Program-made: the position numbers and the translations under genes | Notes under the pieces: model-generated | Seen by the model: the letters and a program-made list of their open reading frames with translations, nothing else | Databases searched by the model: none | Told to the model about the DNA's origin: nothing | From: a virus | Lineage: Duplodnaviria; Caudoviricetes | Direction: 5' to 3' (one strand) | IMG/VR virus record: IMGVR_UViG_3300020044_004457 | Coordinates: 1-32,156 of that record | DNA length: 32,156 nucleotides | Part shown: one piece after another, positions 8,068 to 16,761 of the stretch | Position numbering within the stretch: the stretch's first letter is position 1 | Layout of the letters: each line of letters starts with the position of its first letter

Positions 8068-8873
8068 AACTCCTGCATACGTGCGCGGACAGCCGCAGGG
8101 TCAGCGCCCGCCGCAATAGCCGCCGCCGCTTGTGCTTCTAAATCCGAACCGACTGCGTTTTGGGTGCCTGCATTAAAAGGATTGTCAGCGCCAACCGGAT
8201 TACCTTGTGCATCAAATGCAGCCAAACCGCGCTCACCAACAGGAACCCACTTAACGCGGGCTTCGTCTGCCAGTTCCGCAACCGACATCCCGAAAGCTTG
8301 GTCCATTTTAAGCGACTGGTCATCAAGCCTAGCAGCCGCCAAGTCTTGTTCACTAAACCCGTTTTGGATTAGCTGCGGCTTCATCTGCTGAAAAGCCCGT
8401 TGGCGCTCTTCCCCTGCCGGAAAACGGGAAAGATAAAACGCCGCCTTGGCCTTCAGCTTGCCGTGCTCTCCGACGCGCTCCAACTGTTCTTTGTTAGCGC
8501 GGCTGGCGAATTGGCTAATCTGGTTCGCTTTTTCAAAGTCCAACATCGCAAGTTTTTGCAGCGACGGCGCGTCAAGTTGGATGCCGTTTTGTGCAGGCAT
8601 TTGGACGCCCTGCTGTTGCGGCTGCATATCGCCGCCCATCACTTGCGGGATAAGCTCCCGCACCTGTGCATCACGGCGGCGCGTTGATAGCTTATCGCCT
8701 AGTTCGGGGTCGAACGCATAGGCTTGCGTAATAGCGCCTTCAGGGTCTTGCCCGTATGATGCCAGAACAGCCTCAGTGCGCTTTTGACGCCCACGTTGAC
8801 GCCCTGCTTGCTCCGCTGCCAGCGCAGCAGATGTAAAGTCAGGGATTTGACCCAATGCCCAATTTACGGCCAT
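8025..8873 (-). CDS. DNA ejection protein, P22 gp20 position, 282 aa
   Basis: Gln/Ala-rich helical protein; second gene of the ejection cluster; C-terminal AIAAGADPAAVRARM. Confidence 0.65.
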   Translation of the reverse strand: MAVNWALGQIPDFTSAALAAEQAGRQRGRQKRTEAVLASYGQDPEGAITQAYAFDPELGDKLSTRRRDAQVRELIPQVMGGDMQPQQQGVQMPAQNGIQLDAPSLQKLAMLDFEKANQISQFASRANKEQLERVGEHGKLKAKAAFYLSRFPAGEERQRAFQQMKPQLIQNGFSEQDLAAARLDDQSLKMDQAFGMSVAELADEARVKWVPVGERGLAAFDAQGNPVGADNPFNAGTQNAVGSDLEAQAAAAIAAGADPAAVRARMQELGGQGASPATFPGQ

Positions 8874-8874
8874 A

Positions 8875-9525
8875 TCAGCCCCCTACCCTTGCTGTGCCGT
8901 ATGAAGACCCCATCCCCTTGTTGTAGGAATATGCCGACAAGCCAGCGCCCAATATGCCGTTGATGTTCGCAGCGTTGGTCAAAGCAGCGTTACCAGCCGC
9001 ATCCGCATAATTGTTGTTGTTGCCCGTCACGCCGTTGACGAAGGCTTGGTTTGTGCCGGTCAATGCACCCGCCGCGCCGACGCCGATTTGTTGTTGGCCA
9101 ACAAGCCGCGAATAGTAATCACCGAATGATTTATCCGCCTGCATCGTGCCGTATCGAACCTGTGCCTTACGCGCCGCGCCGCTGTCCAATAGTCCCTTGC
9201 TTGCGTAAGCGGTATCAACCGCCCGCATACCTTCGTCAAACTGGTCCTTATATCCGGTATTGCTCCGGAATTGCTCAAATGCTGCGCGCTGTGCGGCTTG
9301 TGCGTCACCGCCGCCGAATCCGTTCAGTGCTGCAATGGCTTGCGTAGGCCCAAGGCCAGCGTTGATATAGGGCTGTAATGCAGCTTGGTTATCAGCGCGG
9401 ATACGTTCCTCTAGGGCGTTGTTTGCCGTTTGCGCTTTCTTCGCAGCCTTGCGCGCCTTTTTGGAAGCACTCATTGATGCCGCGCCGCCGATAGCCGCCG
9501 CGCCGATGGTCGCAACCGCGACTAT
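8875..9525 (-). CDS. DNA ejection/transfer protein, P22 gp7-like; start uncertain (ATA 9525, GTG 9552 or ATG 9474)
   Basis: Hydrophobic Ala/Gly N-terminus then SKKARKAAKKA, LQPYINAG, GY..QFDEG..A, GLLDSGAA. Confidence 0.75.
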   Translation of the reverse strand: MVAVATIGAAAIGGAASMSASKKARKAAKKAQTANNALEERIRADNQAALQPYINAGLGPTQAIAALNGFGGGDAQAAQRAAFEQFRSNTGYKDQFDEGMRAVDTAYASKGLLDSGAARKAQVRYGTMQADKSFGDYYSRLVGQQQIGVGAAGALTGTNQAFVNGVTGNNNNYADAAGNAALTNAANINGILGAGLSAYSYNKGMGSSYGTARVGG

Positions 9526-9992
9526 GACACACCCCCCGCGTCGCCTAGCCACGCAGAATAATAGGTTTCCACTTTGGTATAACCCCTTCTTTCAAACAAC
9601 CAGTCCGCTGGTAAATGTGTTTTGCTGCCGACAAACATACGGTCCACACCAAGGCGTTTCGCCTCTTTTTCAAGAGCGTCAAAAAGGATAGTGCCGCCGT
9701 TCTTGCCGCGATGGTCAGGATGCAGCCAGAATATATCGAGCGTCAATGTGAGACACGTTGAATAGTGCAGGCCGGGAGCCTTAAAGCCTATCCAATAACC
9801 AACAAGCTGCCCCGCATCACGCATTGCAATGCAAACCACCATACCCAAAGCATCGCGGCGCAAATATTCATCATACTGCGGCGATAGCGGCACCTTGTCT
9901 TGGTCTAACGCAAGCTCCGCATAATGTTCAGGCAGGAGCGGCATGACTTCTTCAAGGAAGGGTGCGAAGGGTTCGGGTGCTGCCGTCAGCAT
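9522..9992 (-). CDS. GNAT-family acyltransferase (P22 gp14 position)
   Basis: DIFWLHPDHRGKNGG acetyl-CoA-binding motif A; LFERRGY motif B. Confidence 0.85.
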   Translation of the reverse strand: MLTAAPEPFAPFLEEVMPLLPEHYAELALDQDKVPLSPQYDEYLRRDALGMVVCIAMRDAGQLVGYWIGFKAPGLHYSTCLTLTLDIFWLHPDHRGKNGGTILFDALEKEAKRLGVDRMFVGSKTHLPADWLFERRGYTKVETYYSAWLGDAGGVS

Positions 9993-10525
9993 GTTCGTAT
10001 ATCCGCGATTATAACCAGCCTATCGTCATTGCTGTTGTTGATGACCGAATGAGTTTCTCCATTGTCAAACCACCACACGTCGCCTGTTTTCATGGCAACA
10101 CTTTCATCGCCGCAGTTGAAAATAACGCCGGGGTTGCATTGCAGCATAATCTGGTATCGAGTGTAGAACGTGGCGGGAGCGCCTTCGTCCTTATGCGGGT
10201 AAATCTGTGCGCCGGGTGCAAGGCGGGTTATCAGGATGCGGCCTAGCTGCGTTCCACCGACTGCGCGCATAAGGTTTAGCACCATGTCCTTGACGGGCAA
10301 TTCATACCATGCAGGGTAGGGGTGAGTTTGGATGTCGTTTATGACGTCTTCGGGATTTTCCGGCATTTCGTTGAAGCGCAGCCAGATGTCATCGGCTTCG
10401 CAATGCGGGGTGTCGGGATATTCTGTGCGCAAGGGGTTGGCGTTCCACAATTCAGGACGCGCAGCAAGGGATGCCAAAATAGGCATCGTGTCGATTGCTT
10501 CGGCTATCTTTAAAAAGTGGCGCAA
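9986..10525 (-). CDS. 2-oxoglutarate/Fe(II) dioxygenase, aspartyl/asparaginyl beta-hydroxylase family
   Basis: LAPGAQIYPHKD (HxD), GDVWWFDNGETHSVINNSNDDR (distal His and 2OG-binding Arg); TTG start. Confidence 0.88.
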   Translation of the reverse strand: MRHFLKIAEAIDTMPILASLAARPELWNANPLRTEYPDTPHCEADDIWLRFNEMPENPEDVINDIQTHPYPAWYELPVKDMVLNLMRAVGGTQLGRILITRLAPGAQIYPHKDEGAPATFYTRYQIMLQCNPGVIFNCGDESVAMKTGDVWWFDNGETHSVINNSNDDRLVIIADIRTC

Positions 10526-10548
10526 TGAACGTCTCTCTGGATAATCCG

Positions 10549-10600
10549 CATATGGGACGTTCTGCTAAACCCCTATTGCCTAATTATTGGGCAAAGTCAA
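10549..10600 (-). promoter_or_regulatory. Intergenic promoter region with 19-bp palindrome TTGCCTAATTATTGGGCAA (10576-10594)
   Basis: TTGACT -35-like box at 10595-10600; palindrome matches the one at 18826-18844. Confidence 0.55.
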
Positions 10601-10601
10601 C

Positions 10602-11195
10602 CTATGGTTCCGCAAAGCTACCACCGGGAGGGGCAACGCCGCCGCCATTGTTCGGAGGAGCCGCCGCCGCTGGCGTTGTTACTTGCCCTACAGAGTGCCT
10701 ATCTCCGGTCTGCGCGACGTCTGATGCGGTTGTCGTTGCAACATATGTAACCGCACCGCCCGCACGGCTTGCTTGGTCGTAATAGATAAAATACTGCGTG
10801 CTGTAGGCAAGGCCCGTTACAGAACCGCCAGAGACAGCAACGGTTATCGGCGGGTCGTAAATATAGACCCTATCATGCGCGCTTATCGTTATTGTCGCAT
10901 TTGCACCCGCATCGGTGGCCGTTATCGTTATTCCTTCAACATAGGAATTGGCAAGGGCAGCGGATGCCAATGCGCTATCCGCCGCCGCGTTTGCATTGTC
11001 CGCCGCAGTCTGTGCGGCAGCGGCAGCATCTAGTGCTATGTCGGCGGCTTCCAAAGCAAGGATAATGCCGTTGATGCTTTCTTCGACTTGCTGCGTTACC
11101 AACTGCCACCAAACTTGATAGGTTGGTGTAGGATAGCCCTTTTCGTCAATCAATTGCTGATTGTTTGGAAGGGTGGGCAGTTTGAGCAACGCCAT
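10602..11195 (-). CDS. Tail needle/plug-position virion protein
   Basis: Follows the gp10-like gene; N-terminal LID.KG.PTP.Y..WW, Ala-rich coiled coil, beta-rich C-terminal domain. Confidence 0.55.
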   Translation of the reverse strand: MALLKLPTLPNNQQLIDEKGYPTPTYQVWWQLVTQQVEESINGIILALEAADIALDAAAAAQTAADNANAAADSALASAALANSYVEGITITATDAGANATITISAHDRVYIYDPPITVAVSGGSVTGLAYSTQYFIYYDQASRAGGAVTYVATTTASDVAQTGDRHSVGQVTTPAAAAPPNNGGGVAPPGGSFAEP

Positions 11196-12559
11196 TAGCC
11201 GTTCGACCCGCGACCGCGACCGCCAAGCGGTTCATTGACGCGAATGGATGACACCCGCCAAGGCGTTGCATCCGTTATACGGAAGTCGAAAGCGCCGCCC
11301 TCATCATCAATAATACCCCATCTTTTCCAAACAATCCGCTTGCGAAAATCACCTTGCTGCCCAATGCTTGCCTGCCTGTAACCGCCGTATGTTTCCCCGC
11401 CGTCCCGCGACAAGCGACATTCGACCAAAGGATCAATGCCCAAGACAGGTTCGCGCCCCGTGCTGGCATCCAACATCAAATTATCGACATGACCGGCTTG
11501 GTCAATCATCATGGTCCAGCGGCGCTCGATAGTCACGCCGTTGTCCGAATATTCGTCATAAACCAGTTTCCAAATCTGGCTTGTTTCATCGTCCCCCGCC
11601 AGCACAATACCGTTAGCAAATACCCCCATATTTGCGCGCCAGTTTGTCCTGTCATAGCTTGCCTGTTCGTGCCATTCACCACTTGCGATGTTTAGAACCT
11701 GCGTCCCGCGTGATGTAGCCAGTGCATAAAATAGATTGCCCTGCCAAGGGTAGGTCCATGCGCTAGGACTAGTGCTATCCTGCGTGGCTTCTTCTACAGA
11801 AAAGTTGGAAACGCGCATAGGCACACTATCGCCGCGATAGACCTTGAAGTCGTTGCCTTCCCATAATATCGTATTGTCCAGCTTGGCAATCGTATCCTTG
11901 TTGATACACCCTACATCGAACAGCCGACCATCAACGCGCTGGAAGGGAATATCCAAATCGCCCGTTGTTATCCATATTTCGGTCGATACCTCGCCAAACA
12001 ACCATAATTGGTCAGACACAATCCAGACTGCAACAAGGTCATCCGGTGTGCGTTCCGCGCTGGCAAAATCAAGGGCGTCCCATGAAGAACCATCAAGAAT
12101 AGCAGACCAATAAAAACGCTGCGTGTCTGTGCGCGTGGCAAGGAAATAACCGTTGATATATGCAACGGACGAAACCCCTGCACCATCTGGAAACGCCACA
12201 GTTGAAAGCGTTGTCCCGTTGGTTAGATAAAGGCCGGTCCCATTTGCTATCAATAATTGCGTTGCGCTTGCCGTCATCGACACTTTGCCGGTGCCGGGTA
12301 TTGTGCCTAGCAATGTAGCACCCGCATAAAGTTCAGTGCCAGACACAACAAACATAACCCCGCCCAATGCGCCGGCTTGCTGGTAAATACCCCGAATAGG
12401 ACCGCTGCCTACAGTGGCATAAGCCGACAAAGCGGGGCGCGGCAACAAGGCAACGCCAGCTCGCGACGTAGGCGATTGCTCCGCATACATATTGACCAGC
12501 CGCATAATCGGTAGGTCATAACGTCGATATTGTTGCGTTGCGTAAGGTATCACGCTCAT
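11195..12559 (-). CDS. Packaged-DNA stabilisation / tail nozzle protein, P22 gp10-like
   Basis: RLVNMYAE, GPIRG, DFASAERTPD, LWLFGEVSTEIW, SRDGGETY, RIVWKRWG. Confidence 0.85.
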   Translation of the reverse strand: MSVIPYATQQYRRYDLPIMRLVNMYAEQSPTSRAGVALLPRPALSAYATVGSGPIRGIYQQAGALGGVMFVVSGTELYAGATLLGTIPGTGKVSMTASATQLLIANGTGLYLTNGTTLSTVAFPDGAGVSSVAYINGYFLATRTDTQRFYWSAILDGSSWDALDFASAERTPDDLVAVWIVSDQLWLFGEVSTEIWITTGDLDIPFQRVDGRLFDVGCINKDTIAKLDNTILWEGNDFKVYRGDSVPMRVSNFSVEEATQDSTSPSAWTYPWQGNLFYALATSRGTQVLNIASGEWHEQASYDRTNWRANMGVFANGIVLAGDDETSQIWKLVYDEYSDNGVTIERRWTMMIDQAGHVDNLMLDASTGREPVLGIDPLVECRLSRDGGETYGGYRQASIGQQGDFRKRIVWKRWGIIDDEGGAFDFRITDATPWRVSSIRVNEPLGGRGRGSNG

Positions 12560-13065
12560 GTTATTGCCCAGACATCGGCTACGGTTTCAGGGGTTATCGT
12601 AACAGGCGATGCCGCCGCGTCTGGTGTGACCTCCATACTAGCAGGTCCACTAGCAGGGGTTAGCACAAAACTATCAGAAACTAAAGATGGCGTTAATGTA
12701 ATCGCAGACGGCTGTGCATCGGGGATGATTATCCAAATCGGGCTTAATATTCCGGTGACGCTGAATTGAACGGTGCAGGCACCTAGCAATTGCCCCCTGC
12801 CGGTCAACGCGCCGCTTACGGTCGTGGTTATTATGCTCTGGCCGGTTATGACATCGGCAGAATCAATTATGCCCGTTAATGTAAAATCAACGCCAGCACT
12901 GCCAGCTAAATATCCCCTCCCGACAATCGTGCCAGTTGGCACAAAGTCGATTGCAACCGCGCCCGATAGAACGCCTTTGCCTAGTAACGTGCCTGTATTT
13001 CCAAACGATACAGATACAGAGCCTGAAAGACCAGCTTGAGCCTGAAGGGCTAAAAGGAGAGACAT
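12556..13065 (-). CDS. Putative virion protein with beta-strand repeats
   Basis: Repeated G(T/A)L.G.G.L.G units; in structural operon. Confidence 0.5.
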   Translation of the reverse strand: MSLLLALQAQAGLSGSVSVSFGNTGTLLGKGVLSGAVAIDFVPTGTIVGRGYLAGSAGVDFTLTGIIDSADVITGQSIITTTVSGALTGRGQLLGACTVQFSVTGILSPIWIIIPDAQPSAITLTPSLVSDSFVLTPASGPASMEVTPDAAASPVTITPETVADVWAIT

Positions 13066-13081
13066 TTAGCTACTCCTTGGT

Positions 13082-14533
13082 TTATTCCCAACCGTAGATA
13101 AGCTGCCAGATAAAGCTTATTGTTTGCGATGCCGTTGCAGTGCCGACTAGGAACTTGCCGACCAGCGCAATAAATTCACCGGGGTTGACGAATACTGGAG
13201 CATCGCCAAAATCAACCGTTATTGGACCTCCTTGCGGGCCTTGGCCGATGGCAGCACCAACAGGCCATGTTGCAAACCCCAGTGGTAAACGGCGCGGGGC
13301 TTTTGTCGTCGCCGCTTCAGCCGTTGCCAGCGATACCGCCGTATGACCATAAGCAAGGCTGAATTGCAGCGTCGTTGCCGTTGTGGCTACTGCCGCGCCT
13401 GTGTTTACAAGGTCAATCTTGACACCGCGAACAACCAGCCTGCGCCCCTGCACGTTGGCTGTGCCTGCCGGAACCTGATAGCTACCCCATATGCCGTCTG
13501 TAGCCGCAGCAACAGCCGCCGTGACAGCGCCCTGCCCACCCAGACCAGCGGGAAGGTTTGCGGTTAGCGCGGTGTTGGAAGGTGCAGCAGCGGTCGGGTT
13601 GGTTGAGTTGGGATAGGTCGCAAGACTGCCCATCGTGCCGCCCGAAAGGCCCTGATAGGAACCGTAGACGCGCTGACCTAGAATCGATGCCGTCTGTGCG
13701 ATGTTCGGGCCGCCAAGGCTTACCGTGTAGTCATTGACCACAAATGACAGCGCAGCCCCTGCCGCACCGCCTGTAATCGCATGACGCACACCAAAGGGAA
13801 GTGACGACGACATGCAGGGCTGACCTTGGCCGACCGGCGTGTCAATCGTGCCGTAAAGAACATCGTCAATCCAGAACTCGACGTTGCGTTCGTGCATCGC
13901 AATGATGAATTGATATTTGCGGTTATTGACATAAGTGAAGTCAAAAACACTTGTTGTGGTTTCCGAGCCGTTCGAGTTGGTAACCCCGAACAGGCCAGCA
14001 GATGTCAGCCGAAAATAAACACCGTCACTCGGCGCGAACGGGTTAGATGTGGCCATGCGCGGCAGACCAAAGTCGACAATGGTGTTGGTCGTCGGCGCAG
14101 CATTGAACGAACCTTCAATCTCGCAATAGAGAATCGAAGCGCCAAGGATGGGAAATTCAGCGTAAGTCTGGAATGACGAGCCTGTGGTCGTGGTCGTGAT
14201 GTTGGCGCTGTTGGTCGTTAGACCAGCGGCCGTCCAGCTATTCGCAAGCGTGGTGTTGCGATAGATATGCTTGCCGGTATTTTGGGCAGTGTAGTTGAAC
14301 GTCTCGCAATCAAAAATGGCTTCATGCGCGATACGAAAGCGGCTATCGTCGTCCGTTTCGGGAGCGCCAAAATAACGGACTCCAGTTTTACTGCCGCTGT
14401 CATTTTCTGAAACCATGGCGACAAGAGGCGTGTCTGCACCCTCAGCAAGAGGAAGGACAACCTCCAACTGATTGGCGGCTGTTACCTCCGCCTTTATGCC
14501 AGTAAGGCCAACAATGTTTGCGTCTAAAGCCAT
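13082..14533 (-). CDS. Putative fibre/appendage protein, possibly with a ConA/lectin-like beta-sandwich, 483 aa
   Basis: Thr/Ala/Gly-rich; DGVYFR...VEFWIDDVLYGTI pattern; GGAG RBS. Confidence 0.5.
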   Translation of the reverse strand: MALDANIVGLTGIKAEVTAANQLEVVLPLAEGADTPLVAMVSENDSGSKTGVRYFGAPETDDDSRFRIAHEAIFDCETFNYTAQNTGKHIYRNTTLANSWTAAGLTTNSANITTTTTGSSFQTYAEFPILGASILYCEIEGSFNAAPTTNTIVDFGLPRMATSNPFAPSDGVYFRLTSAGLFGVTNSNGSETTTSVFDFTYVNNRKYQFIIAMHERNVEFWIDDVLYGTIDTPVGQGQPCMSSSLPFGVRHAITGGAAGAALSFVVNDYTVSLGGPNIAQTASILGQRVYGSYQGLSGGTMGSLATYPNSTNPTAAAPSNTALTANLPAGLGGQGAVTAAVAAATDGIWGSYQVPAGTANVQGRRLVVRGVKIDLVNTGAAVATTATTLQFSLAYGHTAVSLATAEAATTKAPRRLPLGFATWPVGAAIGQGPQGGPITVDFGDAPVFVNPGEFIALVGKFLVGTATASQTISFIWQLIYGWE

Positions 14534-14542
14534 GATAATCTC

Positions 14543-14824
14543 CTATGCAGCCCAAACATAACGGACGGCGAATGTGTCTTGCATTTTCTCTGGTGAACGG
14601 GCGTAAATAGTGCCGCCAACCCCGTCTGTCGGTTCTGCGGTTAAACTGATAAATACAGGTGCGTATTTGTGGTCATTGGCCGTATGGTCAACGGTCGTGT
14701 CAGCCGCCATAAAATAGGCTTCAACCTTTGCGGTCGCGCCAATGCTTGCATCCACAAAAGAAACCGATGCTTCGTTGCTGCCGGGGAATGCCCCAAAATC
14801 AATAGTGGCGGTTCCGGTGGGCAT
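14543..14824 (-). CDS. Small putative virion protein, 93 aa
   Basis: TAATG-coupled to the upstream gene; beta-rich. Confidence 0.55.
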   Translation of the reverse strand: MPTGTATIDFGAFPGSNEASVSFVDASIGATAKVEAYFMAADTTVDHTANDHKYAPVFISLTAEPTDGVGGTIYARSPEKMQDTFAVRYVWAA

Positions 14825-15264
14825 TACGTCAGGTCCACATCCAAGGCCCCAATTGCAAACTCAGGTGCGTTAGAGATTGCAGGTTGATAGCTCGCCGTCG
14901 AACCGATGAACTGCAAGTTACCTGTGCCACTTGCCGCCGAGCCTAACCCGAAAAACAGGACAGGCGCTCCGGGGCTTGCCGTGACAACGGGGAATGTCAC
15001 AAGAGCCGCGTTTGATACGTTCAATCCAGATACCGTCCATCCCCCTGCTGTGCGGGCAACAGCAACCCGCGCATATCCGGTATATGCAACCTCATTTGTC
15101 GTTTGGTTACCCCCTACGCCCGGTGTAGCGGTGTGCAGGGACACATAAAAACTACCCGCCGTCGCGCTGTTTTGCAGGCCCGACGCATCACCGACATTCG
15201 CCCAATCGGTATTGTTGAATATCAGGTTCAGGAGGCCATTGCCGCCCGCTGTGGTCATACCCAT
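14824..15264 (-). CDS. Phage fibre-associated protein, 146 aa
   Basis: YVSLHTATPG..G.QTTNEVAYTGYARVAVAR...GWTVSG motif recognisable from small phage tail-fibre-type proteins. Confidence 0.6.
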   Translation of the reverse strand: MGMTTAGGNGLLNLIFNNTDWANVGDASGLQNSATAGSFYVSLHTATPGVGGNQTTNEVAYTGYARVAVARTAGGWTVSGLNVSNAALVTFPVVTASPGAPVLFFGLGSAASGTGNLQFIGSTASYQPAISNAPEFAIGALDVDLT

Positions 15265-15274
15265 GTTCTATTCC

Positions 15275-15733
15275 CTAGATGTAATATCCATAAGCGTTGA
15301 CCGTGTTGTTCGTATTTCCAGCGCCCAAGGCAGGGCAAGTCACGACAATCGCCGTATTGACCGCAGAGGCAGGAAGGGGCGGGTCAAATCTTGCTATCAA
15401 CGGGGCATTGCCCAATGTAGCACCGGCAACAACCGAAAGTGTGTAAGTGGCCGTGCCGCCTAATAGGCCCGCAACGGTCACGCTAACAACAGATGCCGCA
15501 GTAGCTCCGGAACCCGTCACGTCAAAGCCCGTGATGTATGTCGTCTGCGCCGCTACGCCCGCAAGAGTTGCCACGCCAGACGCATTGGCTACGTTGCCCG
15601 ATGATGCCTTGATAGATGTCGCCTGCGCACCCAAGCTATTGGTGGGCAGGGGGGATGATGCAACAGGAAGTGGCCTTGAAATCGATATAGGGTCGCCGCC
15701 GCTGTCAAACTTGTAATAACGTGAGTCAGTCAT
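15275..15733 (-). CDS. Putative virion protein, 152 aa
   Basis: AGGAGG RBS; Ala/Thr/Val-rich, beta-sandwich-like. Confidence 0.55.
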   Translation of the reverse strand: MTDSRYYKFDSGGDPISISRPLPVASSPLPTNSLGAQATSIKASSGNVANASGVATLAGVAAQTTYITGFDVTGSGATAASVVSVTVAGLLGGTATYTLSVVAGATLGNAPLIARFDPPLPASAVNTAIVVTCPALGAGNTNNTVNAYGYYI

Positions 15734-15741
15734 AAAGCCTC

Positions 15742-16431
15742 CTAAAAATACTGTGCGCTAACTGCGCTCCCGAACATCACCGATGAAGGGCGGTCCATAT
15801 CCAGCAAGTCGGCCTCCATTTCAGCCGCCCGCTGTTTAACCTCTGCCGCCGTATTAGGGTCAAGCCGCGTCGCACCGAACAGATTAATGCAGCGCGCCGC
15901 CAAACAAACATAAGTTGTTTCAATCCACTGCTGCGGTATATCCAGAGTTTCAGTAACGGTCGTTACGTCCTCAATCACCCGCGCATAATCAATCTTTATT
16001 GTGGTATCCACAGTCGGCACGGGCCAGACATAAAGGTTCACCACATCGCGCTGCTTGTCGAGATAAAACACGATAGGACGCCCACTCTGCGCCTTGTTAG
16101 GATATTGACGATATTCGCCATTGCCCAATTGCTGCATCTGAATTTCGTTAGTGCCGGTCACGACACGCGCTGCCTGTATATCAATAATCCTTGGGTCAAG
16201 CGCACCGGACGCATCATTAGCAGGGATAATAACCGTGCCAGTTGTTGCGCGCCACAGGTTGCAGCCCTTGGCCTGCCATGTTTTCAGCATGAAGTTAAGG
16301 CGCGGTATCATCGCTTCATATTCTTCGCCGGTCGGTGTCTCGCCTGCGCCTAATGCGCCAAGTTCCTGCATGGCATAAGTCATCATCTCGCCTGCCGTCA
16401 TTGTCGATGATATTACGCCGCTGGTAGCCAT
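15742..16431 (-). CDS. Head-to-tail adaptor, P22 gp4-like
   Basis: AMQELGALGAGETPT..E......LN.MLKTW; YPNK..SGRP..FY; VWPVP; located after the capsid gene. Confidence 0.75.
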   Translation of the reverse strand: MATSGVISSTMTAGEMMTYAMQELGALGAGETPTGEEYEAMIPRLNFMLKTWQAKGCNLWRATTGTVIIPANDASGALDPRIIDIQAARVVTGTNEIQMQQLGNGEYRQYPNKAQSGRPIVFYLDKQRDVVNLYVWPVPTVDTTIKIDYARVIEDVTTVTETLDIPQQWIETTYVCLAARCINLFGATRLDPNTAAEVKQRAAEMEADLLDMDRPSSVMFGSAVSAQYF

Positions 16432-16694
16432 TATAGTTGGTCCGGTGTGACAGGGTTATCCGTGTCAATGAATGTGATGCCAAGGAAGGGGGCGGGGTTA
16501 GGAACCGGCAAGCCTTCAGGAAATATGTTAGGCGGCGATAACTGTGGCGGGCGCGGGTCATGGCAATTACTGCACACGCTCAAGCCACTCCATTCCTTGC
16601 TGATTTGCGACGTGAATTTAGTCTGCCCGCACCGCTGGCAACTGCCGAGCGACTTGCCCATGTAGTATCCAACTGGCCTTGTCTGCGGGTTCAT
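16431..16694 (-). CDS. Small Zn-ribbon protein
   Basis: CQRCG...EWSGL.VCSNCHDP.PPQ (two CxxC pairs). Confidence 0.7.
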   Translation of the reverse strand: MNPQTRPVGYYMGKSLGSCQRCGQTKFTSQISKEWSGLSVCSNCHDPRPPQLSPPNIFPEGLPVPNPAPFLGITFIDTDNPVTPDQL

Positions 16695-16705
16695 GGCATC
16701 GCCTT

Positions 16706-16739
16706 AAAGGATAAGTGGGGAAGCGGTTAAACTCCCCCA
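16706..16739 (-). terminator. Probable intrinsic terminator after the capsid gene
   Basis: TGGGGGAG-N8-CTTCCCCA stem followed by CTTATCCTTT. Confidence 0.55.
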
Positions 16740-16761
16740 TTTATTTAATCAATTCAATGAA

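Noticed and set aside
10481-10498. GATGCC-AAAATA-GGCATC inverted repeat resembling the late palindrome
   Set aside because: Inside a CDS and spacing differs from the 19-bp consensus
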